Notes under the pieces: generated by a model
Told to the model about the DNA's origin: nothing
The model's input: only the letters and a program-made list of their open reading frames with translations
Databases searched by the model: none
Translations under genes and position numbers: made by a program
In this document: piece after piece, positions 1 to 8,360 of the stretch
How the letters are laid out: every line of letters starts with the position of its first letter
Numbering within the stretch: position 1 is the first letter of the stretch
DNA from: Candidatus Latescibacterota bacterium
Lineage (GTDB): Bacteria > Latescibacterota > UBA2968 > UBA8231
NCBI GenBank assembly: GCA_965242865.1
Contig: CBDETK010000013.1
Location: 640,001-704,000 of the forward strand
DNA length: 64,000 nucleotides
Reading direction: 5' to 3'

Positions 1-207
1 TACGCGGACGCAGGCCGTGCCCATGGCCGAGGTGTTTCGCCAGTTGCAGGGCTATTGCGAGCAACGGAGCCGACCGCGAAATTCAGAGTGAAATCACGTA
101 GCCCTGAGTATAATGAGCATTAACCTAACTTGAGGAGTAACTCACCGTCGAGAGTAAACTCGGTCCAGAGGTCGGATCATGGCAGTTGAATCCTAAGTAA
201 GGCGAGT

Positions 208-600
208 TTGGGCGAGGAGCAACAGATCGCGGTAGATCCGCAGGCCGTGATCTTGGCATGGCGGGATATTGTCAGTACCCTCACGGACCTTGAACTGAGA
301 GGATTGGTCAGCCCGGCAGAAGAGGTACTTATCCGAGACTTCATCGACTATGTCGCGGACAAGCATCCAGAGCTCAATCCATTCGATCGCTTCGCGGTAT
401 GTAGGGACAATTTAGGTCTCCTGAATCGGCGTTGCGAAGCTATCCTGCGGGAGATTGACCCAACCGAGGCATGGCATGGAGAGGCACCCTTCATCTCAAT
501 GGAATCTCCCTCTTGCAAGTGGATATATCTAGAGGCCGACTCAGAACAGGAGGATACAAATGACTTCTCACGAACAAACCGCTCGGCTCGCTCGCGCTGA
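208..600 (+). pseudogene. hypothetical protein, probably a gene fragment
   Basis: 130-aa ORF with TTG start, no clear RBS and lower GC than the neighbouring mgsA. Reads like an internal piece of a larger protein. Confidence 0.3.
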
Positions 601-633
601 GTTTGTTGGGCCTCTTAGAATGACCGGTACGCA

Positions 634-1536
634 ATGTGCGGCATTGTTGGGCTGTACATAAAAGAACGAAACTTGGCCGACCAACTCGGGGCGCTGTTCG
701 CCGAGATGCTGATATGTATGAGCGACCGCGGTACCGATAGCGCGGGATTGGCACTGTACGGCCATGAGCCGCCGGCGGGGTTTATCAAAGTCACCTTGCG
801 GCACGAGGCCGACGATTACGACTGGCCCGGGCTCGCCGACCAACTCGGCCGGCACTTTGGCTGCGAGGCCAGCCTGCGCGTCAACGCCAACTACGCGGTC
901 ATCGCAGTGCGCACCGACGCCGATGCACTGGGGCGGATGCTGGCTGGAGCAGACCCCAGCCTGACGGTGATGAGCATTGGCCGCCGCATCGAGCTCCTCA
1001 AAGAGATCGGGGCACCCGCTGCGATCGTCCAGCGCTTCGGCGTCCGCCGGATGCGCGGTACGCACATCATCGGTCACACGCGCATGGCCACCGAGAGCGC
1101 GGTGACCACCGATGGCTCTCATCCCTTTTCTACGGGCATGGATCTCTGCTTGGTACACAACGGCTCCCTGAGCAACCACAGTCGGCTGCGTACGCGCCTC
1201 CGGCGTAGCGGGATCGAAATCCGCACGGAAAACGACTCCGAGGTGGCTGCCGGCTACTTGATGTGGCGGATGCAGCAGGGAGATACCTTGCAAGCGGCCC
1301 TACGAGCCGCGCTCGACGATTTGGACGGCTTCTATACCTTTGCCATTGGCACGGCCGATGGCTTCGCGGTCTTGCGCGACCCGATTGCCTGCAAGCCGGC
1401 GGTGCTGGCCGAGACGGACGCGTACGTGGCGATGGCCAGCGAGTTTCAGGCCCTGTCGAGCTTGCCGGGGATTGAGGCCGCCGAGGTCTGGGAGCCCAAG
1501 CCGGCGCGGGTGTACACTTGGGGCGGGGCTGGCTGA
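634..1536 (+). CDS. mgsA: N-methylglutamate synthase subunit A (class II glutamine amidotransferase, GlxB-like)
   Basis: N-terminal MCGIVG (Ntn Cys), GHTRMATES, HPF, VHNGSLSN and TENDSEV motifs. Lies upstream of GlxC/GlxD homologues. Confidence 0.9.
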   Translation: MCGIVGLYIKERNLADQLGALFAEMLICMSDRGTDSAGLALYGHEPPAGFIKVTLRHEADDYDWPGLADQLGRHFGCEASLRVNANYAVIAVRTDADALGRMLAGADPSLTVMSIGRRIELLKEIGAPAAIVQRFGVRRMRGTHIIGHTRMATESAVTTDGSHPFSTGMDLCLVHNGSLSNHSRLRTRLRRSGIEIRTENDSEVAAGYLMWRMQQGDTLQAALRAALDDLDGFYTFAIGTADGFAVLRDPIACKPAVLAETDAYVAMASEFQALSSLPGIEAAEVWEPKPARVYTWGGAG

Positions 1537-1578
1537 TCTACTTACAGGTTGCACTTCAACTCTAATTCGGACATTATA

Positions 1579-2286
1579 ATGCAAAAGAAGAGAGAAAACT
1601 ACTTTAATTCCGCAGCAGAAAAAATTTATGGCGAAGTAAAAAGACCGTATAACCAGCAGAGTATTAAAAAGAGAATCGAAGCTCTTTTCCTCGACAACCT
1701 CGGAAAAATTCTATTGAGAGAACAAATAATCGAAGCAGCCAGAGACCCGATAACTCAAAAAGAACCTGAAAATTGGCATCAGAGATTATCGGAGTTACGA
1801 ACGGACGATGGGTACACAATTTTATCGTGGCGGAATCGGGGTGATTTGAAAGTTCAAGAATACCTCATGCCGACCTCCGAAAAAAGGCTAAAGATAAACA
1901 AGAGAGTTCGTCCACATGATAAAGTATGGTTAGAGATATTGAAAAAAGCGAACTACGCTTGTGAATGGGAGGAGGATGGTATCCGGTGCGAACTTAAAGA
2001 CGGAGACGTAGATCCAATCGGAGGAGGCACTGCAAGGCTCACACCAGACCACAAGGCACCTCACTCAATAGATGCCGAGGCCGATCCAAGCGATCCAAAC
2101 CAATGGGGAGTATTATGTGGACGGCATCAAGTTATGAAGAAGAACTTTTGGGATGATAAAACTGGTAAAATCAATGTCTATGCTATTGTGCAAGCGGCAA
2201 GTGAAAGAGAAAAAAAGATTGTGTTCTCTTTTTTAGCCGATTATTTTGGCTATCAAATCGAGGACAGAAAATTGGCGAGGGAATAG
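1579..2286 (+). CDS. HNH-type Type II restriction endonuclease, KpnI-like
   Basis: Motifs RIEALFL.NLGK, ENWHQRLSELRTD.GYTILSWR, DPIGGGT..LTPDH and LCGRHQVMKKN.WD match R.KpnI as recalled. AT-rich and adjacent to an MTase. ATG 1579 preferred over TTG 1549. Confidence 0.85.
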   Translation: MQKKRENYFNSAAEKIYGEVKRPYNQQSIKKRIEALFLDNLGKILLREQIIEAARDPITQKEPENWHQRLSELRTDDGYTILSWRNRGDLKVQEYLMPTSEKRLKINKRVRPHDKVWLEILKKANYACEWEEDGIRCELKDGDVDPIGGGTARLTPDHKAPHSIDAEADPSDPNQWGVLCGRHQVMKKNFWDDKTGKINVYAIVQAASEREKKIVFSFLADYFGYQIEDRKLARE

Positions 2287-2288
2287 CT

Positions 2289-3098
2289 GTGAATCAGATG
2301 ACTTTTACGGAGCTCGATACGATCGCGCACAACGGCGGACCCAAAAAGGGCCGTGTTGTCATACTACCACCGATGGATGTATTTGAATCCATCGAATGGA
2401 TCAAGTCCACTGGCATCAAACCACGTGTAGCAATGCTCGACCCATGGTATAATAAGGGTTTTGGCGAAATAAGAGATGACTACAATGATTTTGTTGTGTC
2501 TATACTTGAAGCCCTTATTGGTATATCCGACCACGTATTTTTATGGGGTTTCCCCGAGATCGTAGCCCAGTACTTTAATCGCATACCAACGGAGTATAAA
2601 CTCGTCGCCTGGCTCACTTGGTATTACAAGAACAACCCATCTGTCATTCGCGGATGGCGCTCGAGTCAAAATACTTGCCTGCACCTTTCTCAGGGGGATG
2701 CAAAACTATATCCCGAACACTTTTTGAACGACATCCAAAAAGAAAAGTTGAGGAAGGGGAAGCTAAGGTATATGCCCGGCCCCACTAGCGTAATAGAAGC
2801 GTCCCTATTAGTGGGCTTTGTCGGTCGAGATGAGCAAACAGGTCATCCGTCGCAAAAACCATTAAAGGTATATGAGCCTCTTTTCTTTATGACGACTAAA
2901 GAAGAAGATTTGATTTATGATCCTATGTGTGGATCGGGTACTACGGGTGCATTTGCCTTAAAACACAACCGGGGCGCAATTTTGTCAGACAGCAACGAGG
3001 AATATATTTCCATTGTTGAGTCGCGGCTCCTAACAAAGAGAACGCACTCCAACGGCGCATTGCCCTCAACACTTACAGCTGCGCTAGCGAGGAATTAG
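2289..3098 (+). CDS. beta-class amino (N6-A/N4-C) DNA methyltransferase, cognate of the upstream REase
   Basis: Motif IV variant DPWY precedes HPSQKP and motif I DPMCGSGTT (beta order). AT-rich. Confidence 0.85.
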   Translation: MNQMTFTELDTIAHNGGPKKGRVVILPPMDVFESIEWIKSTGIKPRVAMLDPWYNKGFGEIRDDYNDFVVSILEALIGISDHVFLWGFPEIVAQYFNRIPTEYKLVAWLTWYYKNNPSVIRGWRSSQNTCLHLSQGDAKLYPEHFLNDIQKEKLRKGKLRYMPGPTSVIEASLLVGFVGRDEQTGHPSQKPLKVYEPLFFMTTKEEDLIYDPMCGSGTTGAFALKHNRGAILSDSNEEYISIVESRLLTKRTHSNGALPSTLTAALARN

Positions 3099-3101
3099 CT
3101 A

Positions 3102-3794
3102 ATGGGAGTGGAAGTGTTCGACTTGGCGGCCGGGACCTTGCGCCAGCTCAACCAGCGTCTGCACGACCTGACCGAGACGACGGCCCAAACGCCGTGGCGG
3201 ATTTTGCACCCCCGAGGGGCACACGCAGTGGCCGCTGGCGTCGATGCGCCCGTGGCGATCGATATTGAAGGGCACGTTGGGTACTATTGCGCCGGCATGA
3301 ACCAACGCGCCCACGTCACCGTCCACGGGATGGTCGGGGTGGGGGTTGCCGAGAACATGATGTCGGGGCTCGTGCGCGTGAAGGGCCACGCCAGCCAGTG
3401 CGCTGGGGCCACCGGGCACGGCGGCCTGCTGGTCATTGAGGGCGACGCGGCGAGCCGGTGCGGAATCTCCATGAAGGGGATCGACATCGTGGTCGGCGGC
3501 TCGGTCGGGCACAGCAGTTGCTTTATGGCGCAAGCCGGCAACTTAGTCGTCTGCGGCGATGCCGACGAGGGGTTGGGCGACTCCCTGTACGAGGGGCGGA
3601 TTTTCGTCCGCGGCCGGGTCGCGGGCTTGGGGGCCGACTGCATTGAAAAGCCCATGCGCGGCGAGCACCTGAGCGCGTTGGCCCAGTTGCTGGCGCGTGC
3701 GGGCTTGTCCGATGTGCAACCCGAGGCGTTCCGCCGCTACGGGTCGGCGCGCCAGCTTTACCACTTCAAGGTAGATAACGCATCCCAATACTAA
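3102..3794 (+). CDS. mgsB: N-methylglutamate synthase subunit B (GlxC, GXGXG domain)
   Basis: GHVGYYCAGMN, GVAENMMSG and CGISMKG Gly-rich beta-helix repeats. C-terminal YGSARQLYHF. Confidence 0.9.
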   Translation: MGVEVFDLAAGTLRQLNQRLHDLTETTAQTPWRILHPRGAHAVAAGVDAPVAIDIEGHVGYYCAGMNQRAHVTVHGMVGVGVAENMMSGLVRVKGHASQCAGATGHGGLLVIEGDAASRCGISMKGIDIVVGGSVGHSSCFMAQAGNLVVCGDADEGLGDSLYEGRIFVRGRVAGLGADCIEKPMRGEHLSALAQLLARAGLSDVQPEAFRRYGSARQLYHFKVDNASQY

Positions 3795-3795
3795 C

Positions 3796-5145
3796 ATGAC
3801 GCAACCACACCCCAGCCAACAGGGCCTGCGCGAATCAGCCACCTTTGGCCGCGACGTCATCTACGAGATCCAGCGCGCAGCGCAGACCGGGATCTACGAC
3901 ATCCGCGGCTGGGGGGCCAAGCGCCGAGTGCCCCATTTTGACGACTTGGTCTTTTTGGGCGCGAGCATGTCGCGCTATCCGCTCGAAGGCTACCGAGAGC
4001 GTTGCGGCACCGATGTAATGCTCGGTACGCGCTACGCCCAAAACCCGATTCACCTCGACATCCCGGTTACCATCGCGGGGATGAGCTTTGGGTCGCTGTC
4101 GGCGCAGGCCAAGGAGGCGCTCGGCCGCGGTGCCAGCGAGGTGGGCACGAGCACCACGACCGGCGACGGCGGGATGACGCCGGAGGAGCGCGCCCAGTCG
4201 CGGATTTTGGTCTATCAGCTTTTGCCCTCGCGCTATGGCATGAACCCCGACGACCTGCGGAAGGCCGATGCGATTGAGGTGGTGCTGGGCCAAGGGGCCA
4301 AGCCCGGCGGCGGCGGCATGCTGTTGGGCCAGAAGATCAGCGACCGCGTCGCCCAGATGCGGACGTTGCCCCAAGACATTGACCAACGCTCGGCCTGCCG
4401 ACACCCCGACTGGACCGGCCCGGACGATTTGGCGATCAAAATAGTCGAGCTGCGCGAGATTACCGACTGGAAGGTGCCTATTTACGTCAAGATCGGCGCG
4501 ACTCGGACGTACTACGACACGCTCTTGGCGATCAAGGCCGGGGCCGATGTGGTGGTCCTCGACGGGATGCAGGGCGGTACGGGCGCGACCCAAGAGGTGT
4601 TCATCGAGCACGTGGGAATCCCAACCTTGCCAGCCGTGCGGCAAGCGGTGGAAGCGCTCGACGAGTTGGATATGCATCGCAAGGTGCAGCTCATTGTGTC
4701 CGGGGGCATCCGCCGCGGCGCGGATGTGGCCAAGGCCCTGGCGATGGGGGCGGACGCCTGTTCGATTGGCACGGCCGCGCTGATTGCGCTGGGCGACAAC
4801 AGCCCCCATCTAGACGCTGAATACCGCCAAATGGGTTCGGCGGCTGGCTTTTACGACGACTTGCAAGATGGCCAAGACCCGGCCGGCATCTCGACCCAGA
4901 CCGACTCCTTAGCCCAGCGTCTCGACCCGGTGGCCGGTGGCCGCCAGCTCGCCAACTATCTGCGGGTCCTGACCATGGAATGCCAGACCTTGGCCCGCGC
5001 CTGCGGCAAATCGCACGTTCACAACCTAGACCGAGAGGACTTGGCAGCGCTGACCATTGAGGCCGCGGCCATGGCCCAAATCCCGTTGGCCGGGACGGAT
5101 TGGATCCCCGGCCACGCGCCCACGAAAGGAGCCTGCTGTGACTGA
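3796..5145 (+). CDS. mgsC: N-methylglutamate synthase subunit C (FMN-binding glutamate synthase family, GlxD)
   Basis: IAGMSFGSLS, TGDGG, GQGAKPGGGG and SGGIR..ADVAKALAMGAD motifs. Confidence 0.9.
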   Translation: MTQPHPSQQGLRESATFGRDVIYEIQRAAQTGIYDIRGWGAKRRVPHFDDLVFLGASMSRYPLEGYRERCGTDVMLGTRYAQNPIHLDIPVTIAGMSFGSLSAQAKEALGRGASEVGTSTTTGDGGMTPEERAQSRILVYQLLPSRYGMNPDDLRKADAIEVVLGQGAKPGGGGMLLGQKISDRVAQMRTLPQDIDQRSACRHPDWTGPDDLAIKIVELREITDWKVPIYVKIGATRTYYDTLLAIKAGADVVVLDGMQGGTGATQEVFIEHVGIPTLPAVRQAVEALDELDMHRKVQLIVSGGIRRGADVAKALAMGADACSIGTAALIALGDNSPHLDAEYRQMGSAAGFYDDLQDGQDPAGISTQTDSLAQRLDPVAGGRQLANYLRVLTMECQTLARACGKSHVHNLDREDLAALTIEAAAMAQIPLAGTDWIPGHAPTKGACCD

Positions 5146-6493
5146 GCGCACTCAGATCAAGGAACGCCTCGCCCAAGAGGGCATTGAATTTCTACTGGTA
5201 CAGTTCGTCGATATGACCGGCGCGCCCAAAGTGAAGATGGTGCCGGTCGCGGCCTTCAACGACGCGCTGGACGAAGGCGTGGGGTTTGCCGGCGGGTCTA
5301 TATGGGGCTTGGGGCAGGGGCCGCACTCGCACGATATGATGGCGCGGATCGACCTCGATTCGTACGCACGCCTGTCTTGGCAGCCAAACACGGTGCGCTT
5401 TGCCAGCGACCTCTTCGTCGAGGGAGAAGCCCATCCCTATTGTGCGCGCACCAACCTCAAGCGCGTCCTCGACGCGGCCCGGCAGCAAGGCTATGTCTTT
5501 AACGTCGGCATGGAGCCAGAGCACTTTCTGGTGGTGCGCCGCCGCGGCGCGATCCGGCCTTGGGACCCCGACGGCGTGGACTCGCTGGCCAAGCCCTGCT
5601 ATGACTTCCGCTCCATGTCGCCGGCCATGGCGTACTTGCAGGAGTTGACCTCGTCGCTCAACGATCTCGGCTGGGGGGTCTATCAGTGCGACCACGAGGA
5701 CGCCAACGGCCAGTTTGAAGTCAACTTTGCCTACGCGGACGCGCTAACGACCTCGGACCGCATCGTCTTCTTCAAGATGGCCACTTCCCAGATCGCCAAA
5801 AAATACGGCGCGATTGCCACGCACATGCCCAAGCCGTTTGCCGACCGCACCGGCAGCGGCTTACACGCGCATTATCATCTGGCCGACGCCCAGTCGGGCG
5901 AGAATCTCTTTTTGGACCAAGGCGACGAGCGCGGCTTGGGCTGCTCCACGCTGGCTTACCACTTCCTCGGCGGCATTTTGCACCACGCCCGCGCCCTGTG
6001 CGCGGTCTCCAGCCCGACGGTCAACTGCTACAAGCGCTTGCAACTCGGCGCTGGAATCTATTCGAGTCGGTCGGGTTTTACTTGGACGCCAGCGTTTATC
6101 ACGTACGGCGACAACAACCGCACGCAGATGATCCGCACGGCGGGCGAGGGGCATTTTGAAGACCGCACGATCTCGGCCGCGGCCAACCCCTATCTGGCTC
6201 TGGCGGCCTATTTGGCGGCTGGGCTCGACGGCATGGAGCGCGGCTTGGACCCGGGCGCGCCCAATCTGGGCAACATGTACGAGCGTTCCCTCGACGAGAT
6301 CCAAGCCGCCGGGATCGAGTTGTTGCCCCAGTCGCTGGCCGAGGCACTCGACGCGCTGCGTGCGGACGAAGTGGTGCAGGGTGCGTTAGGCCCCATCGCC
6401 GACGAGTTCCTCCAGATCAAGGCCGACGAGTGGGCCGAGTACGACAGCCAAGTCAGCCGCTGGGAGATCGACAGGTATTTGACGTCTGTTTGA
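5138..6493 (+). CDS. gmaS: gamma-glutamylmethylamide synthetase (type III glutamine synthetase, GlnT-like)
   Basis: GS motifs EPEHF, DHEDANGQFE, MPKPF..RTGSGLH and YGDNNRT. GTG at 5138 follows the RBS AAAGGAG. Context is the mgs/mgd cluster. Confidence 0.88.
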   Translation: MTERTQIKERLAQEGIEFLLVQFVDMTGAPKVKMVPVAAFNDALDEGVGFAGGSIWGLGQGPHSHDMMARIDLDSYARLSWQPNTVRFASDLFVEGEAHPYCARTNLKRVLDAARQQGYVFNVGMEPEHFLVVRRRGAIRPWDPDGVDSLAKPCYDFRSMSPAMAYLQELTSSLNDLGWGVYQCDHEDANGQFEVNFAYADALTTSDRIVFFKMATSQIAKKYGAIATHMPKPFADRTGSGLHAHYHLADAQSGENLFLDQGDERGLGCSTLAYHFLGGILHHARALCAVSSPTVNCYKRLQLGAGIYSSRSGFTWTPAFITYGDNNRTQMIRTAGEGHFEDRTISAAANPYLALAAYLAAGLDGMERGLDPGAPNLGNMYERSLDEIQAAGIELLPQSLAEALDALRADEVVQGALGPIADEFLQIKADEWAEYDSQVSRWEIDRYLTSV

Positions 6494-6519
6494 GCGTCTA
6501 ACCGATCCCGGCTGGCGGG

Positions 6520-6587
6520 GGCCGGCACGGGGGCCTACGGTTATGGTTTGTTCAACACGACCCAAGATGGGTTTTCAGACCGCTTCT
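6520..6587. repeat. REP-like repeat remnant related to the element at 42.9-43.1 kb
   Basis: GGCCGGCACGGGGGCC (6520-6535), GGTTTGTTC and TTCAGACCGCTTCT (6574-6587) all recur, with small differences, at 42903-43081. Confidence 0.7.
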
Positions 6588-6623
6588 GACATTTTGGTCC
6601 GGCGAATACGTGGAGGTATTTCA

Positions 6624-6806
6624 ATGAATTACAAAGTGCCCCTTGTTTTAACGTCGCAACCCGAAGGGGGGTACACGGTGACGTCACCGCTGTTGCCTGA
6701 ACTGGTCTCGGAAGGCGATTCAATATCCCACGCTTTAGAAAACGTCCAAGATGCTTTTGCCGCGGTTGTTGAACTCTACGAAGACTTGGGACGCCCATCG
6801 CCTTAA
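6624..6806 (+). CDS. HicB-like antitoxin (short, no hicA partner)
   Basis: EGGYTVTSPLLPELVSEGDS...ALENVQDA is the HicB N-terminal signature. RBS GGAGG precedes ATG 6624. Confidence 0.75.
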   Translation: MNYKVPLVLTSQPEGGYTVTSPLLPELVSEGDSISHALENVQDAFAAVVELYEDLGRPSP

Positions 6807-6833
6807 ACCGCTTGCTTTTTGGGGAGACGGTCC

Positions 6834-8078
6834 ATGCCCTATCGGTTGCTCAAATACGGCCTCTCAAAGAAGTACTCGGCACCGCGCATGTTTCGCTCGC
6901 CCGAGCGGTTGCGCGACCGCTACGAGGTGGTCATCATCGGCGGCGGCGGTCACGGGCTGGCTGCGGCGCACTATCTGGCCCAAGAACACGGCATTTGCGA
7001 TGTGGCTGTCTTGGAGCAGCGCTACATCGGCCACGGCGGCACTGGCCGCAACACGGCTATCATCCGCTCGAATTACCTGACGGAAGAAGGGGCGCGCTTT
7101 TACCAATTCAGCGTGGACCTCTACCGCGATTTGTCGCGGCAACTCGACTACAACCTGTTCTACTCCGAGCGCGGGCACTTCACCTTGGCGCACACGCCAG
7201 CCGCGTTGCGCACCCAGCGCTGGCGCGCCGAGGTCAACAAGCACCTCGGCATCCACTCCGAAGTCGTCGGCCCGGAGTTCGTCAAGAAAACCATCCCGGC
7301 CATTGACCTGAACTGCGGCGGGCACCAGCCGCCCATCGTCGGCGCGCTCTACCACCCGCCCGGAGCCATTGCCCGCCACGACGCCGTAGCGTGGGCGTAT
7401 GCGCGCGGTGCTGACCGCCAAGGCGTTGAAATCCACCAGCAGACCCGCGTCACCGACATTGCAATTGAGGAGGGCCGGGTCGCCGGCGTTCACACGGACC
7501 GCGGTTTTATCCAGACCCGCAAGGTGCTCAGCGCGGTGGCCGGCTGGACGCCGCAAATCCAGCGGATGGTCGGCTTGCGCTCGCCGCTGGTGGTGCATCC
7601 GCTCCAAGCGTTTGTCACCGAACCGTTCAAGCCGTGGCTCGACGCGATTGTCGTATCGGCCAGTTTGCACACGTACGTCAGCCAATCCTCGCGTGGCGAG
7701 TTGGTGGCCGGGGCCTCGTTGGATCCTTATGAACTGACGTCCATGCGCTCAACCCTCGATTTTGCCGAGGGCTTGGCCGGGCATCTGCTCGACCTCTTTC
7801 CCGGCTTGGCCGACGTCAAGGTGCTGCGTCAGTGGGCCGGCCTGTGCGACATGACCCCGGACTTTTCCCCGATCATGGGCACGACGCCGATTGCGGGTTT
7901 TTACATCGACGCGGGTTGGGGCACTTGGGGCTTTAAGGCCACGCCGGTCTGCGGCTACACCATGGCCCACACCTTGGCCCACGACGAGGATCACCCGCTC
8001 ATCCGCGCCTTTAATCTGGCGCGCTTTGGTGCGTTCGCGCTGGTCGGCGAGAAGGGAGCGGCGTCCGTTGGCCACTAG
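6834..8078 (+). CDS. mgdA: N-methylglutamate dehydrogenase subunit A (SoxB-like FAD oxidoreductase)
   Basis: IIGGGGHGLA dinucleotide-binding motif, GTGRNT, GWGTWGFKATP and C-terminal EKGAASVGH. Confidence 0.88.
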   Translation: MPYRLLKYGLSKKYSAPRMFRSPERLRDRYEVVIIGGGGHGLAAAHYLAQEHGICDVAVLEQRYIGHGGTGRNTAIIRSNYLTEEGARFYQFSVDLYRDLSRQLDYNLFYSERGHFTLAHTPAALRTQRWRAEVNKHLGIHSEVVGPEFVKKTIPAIDLNCGGHQPPIVGALYHPPGAIARHDAVAWAYARGADRQGVEIHQQTRVTDIAIEEGRVAGVHTDRGFIQTRKVLSAVAGWTPQIQRMVGLRSPLVVHPLQAFVTEPFKPWLDAIVVSASLHTYVSQSSRGELVAGASLDPYELTSMRSTLDFAEGLAGHLLDLFPGLADVKVLRQWAGLCDMTPDFSPIMGTTPIAGFYIDAGWGTWGFKATPVCGYTMAHTLAHDEDHPLIRAFNLARFGAFALVGEKGAASVGH

Positions 8079-8096
8079 CCGCGTCAGGAGGCGGTC

Positions 8097-8360
8097 GTGA
8101 AAGTCCTCACTTGTCCGATCAACGGCCCGCGACCGCTGGAGGAATTTGTCTTTGGCGGCGCGGTGCGCTCCATGCCCGATCCCCAGCAAGCGAGCGATGC
8201 GGTCTGGGCCGACTACGTATTCACTCGCGCTGGCGAGCCGGGCATCCAGCGCGAGTGGTGGTATCACCGTGCGAGCAGCACGTGGTTTATCGCCGAGCGC
8301 GACACGGCCAGCGACGCGATCGTCCGCACCTATTTGTGGGGCGAGGAGGACAAAGCGTGA
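8097..8360 (+). CDS. mgdB: N-methylglutamate dehydrogenase subunit B (SoxD-like)
   Basis: LTCPINGPR..EF.FGG and EWWYH...WF..ERDT motifs. Confidence 0.88.
   Translation: MKVLTCPINGPRPLEEFVFGGAVRSMPDPQQASDAVWADYVFTRAGEPGIQREWWYHRASSTWFIAERDTASDAIVRTYLWGEEDKA

Noticed and set aside
8111-8356. Long N-terminal extensions given by the ORF track (8111, 5057, 15286, 54205, 61886, 62662)
   Set aside because: They overlap upstream genes or promoters. Downstream starts with an RBS or stop-start coupling fit the families better.
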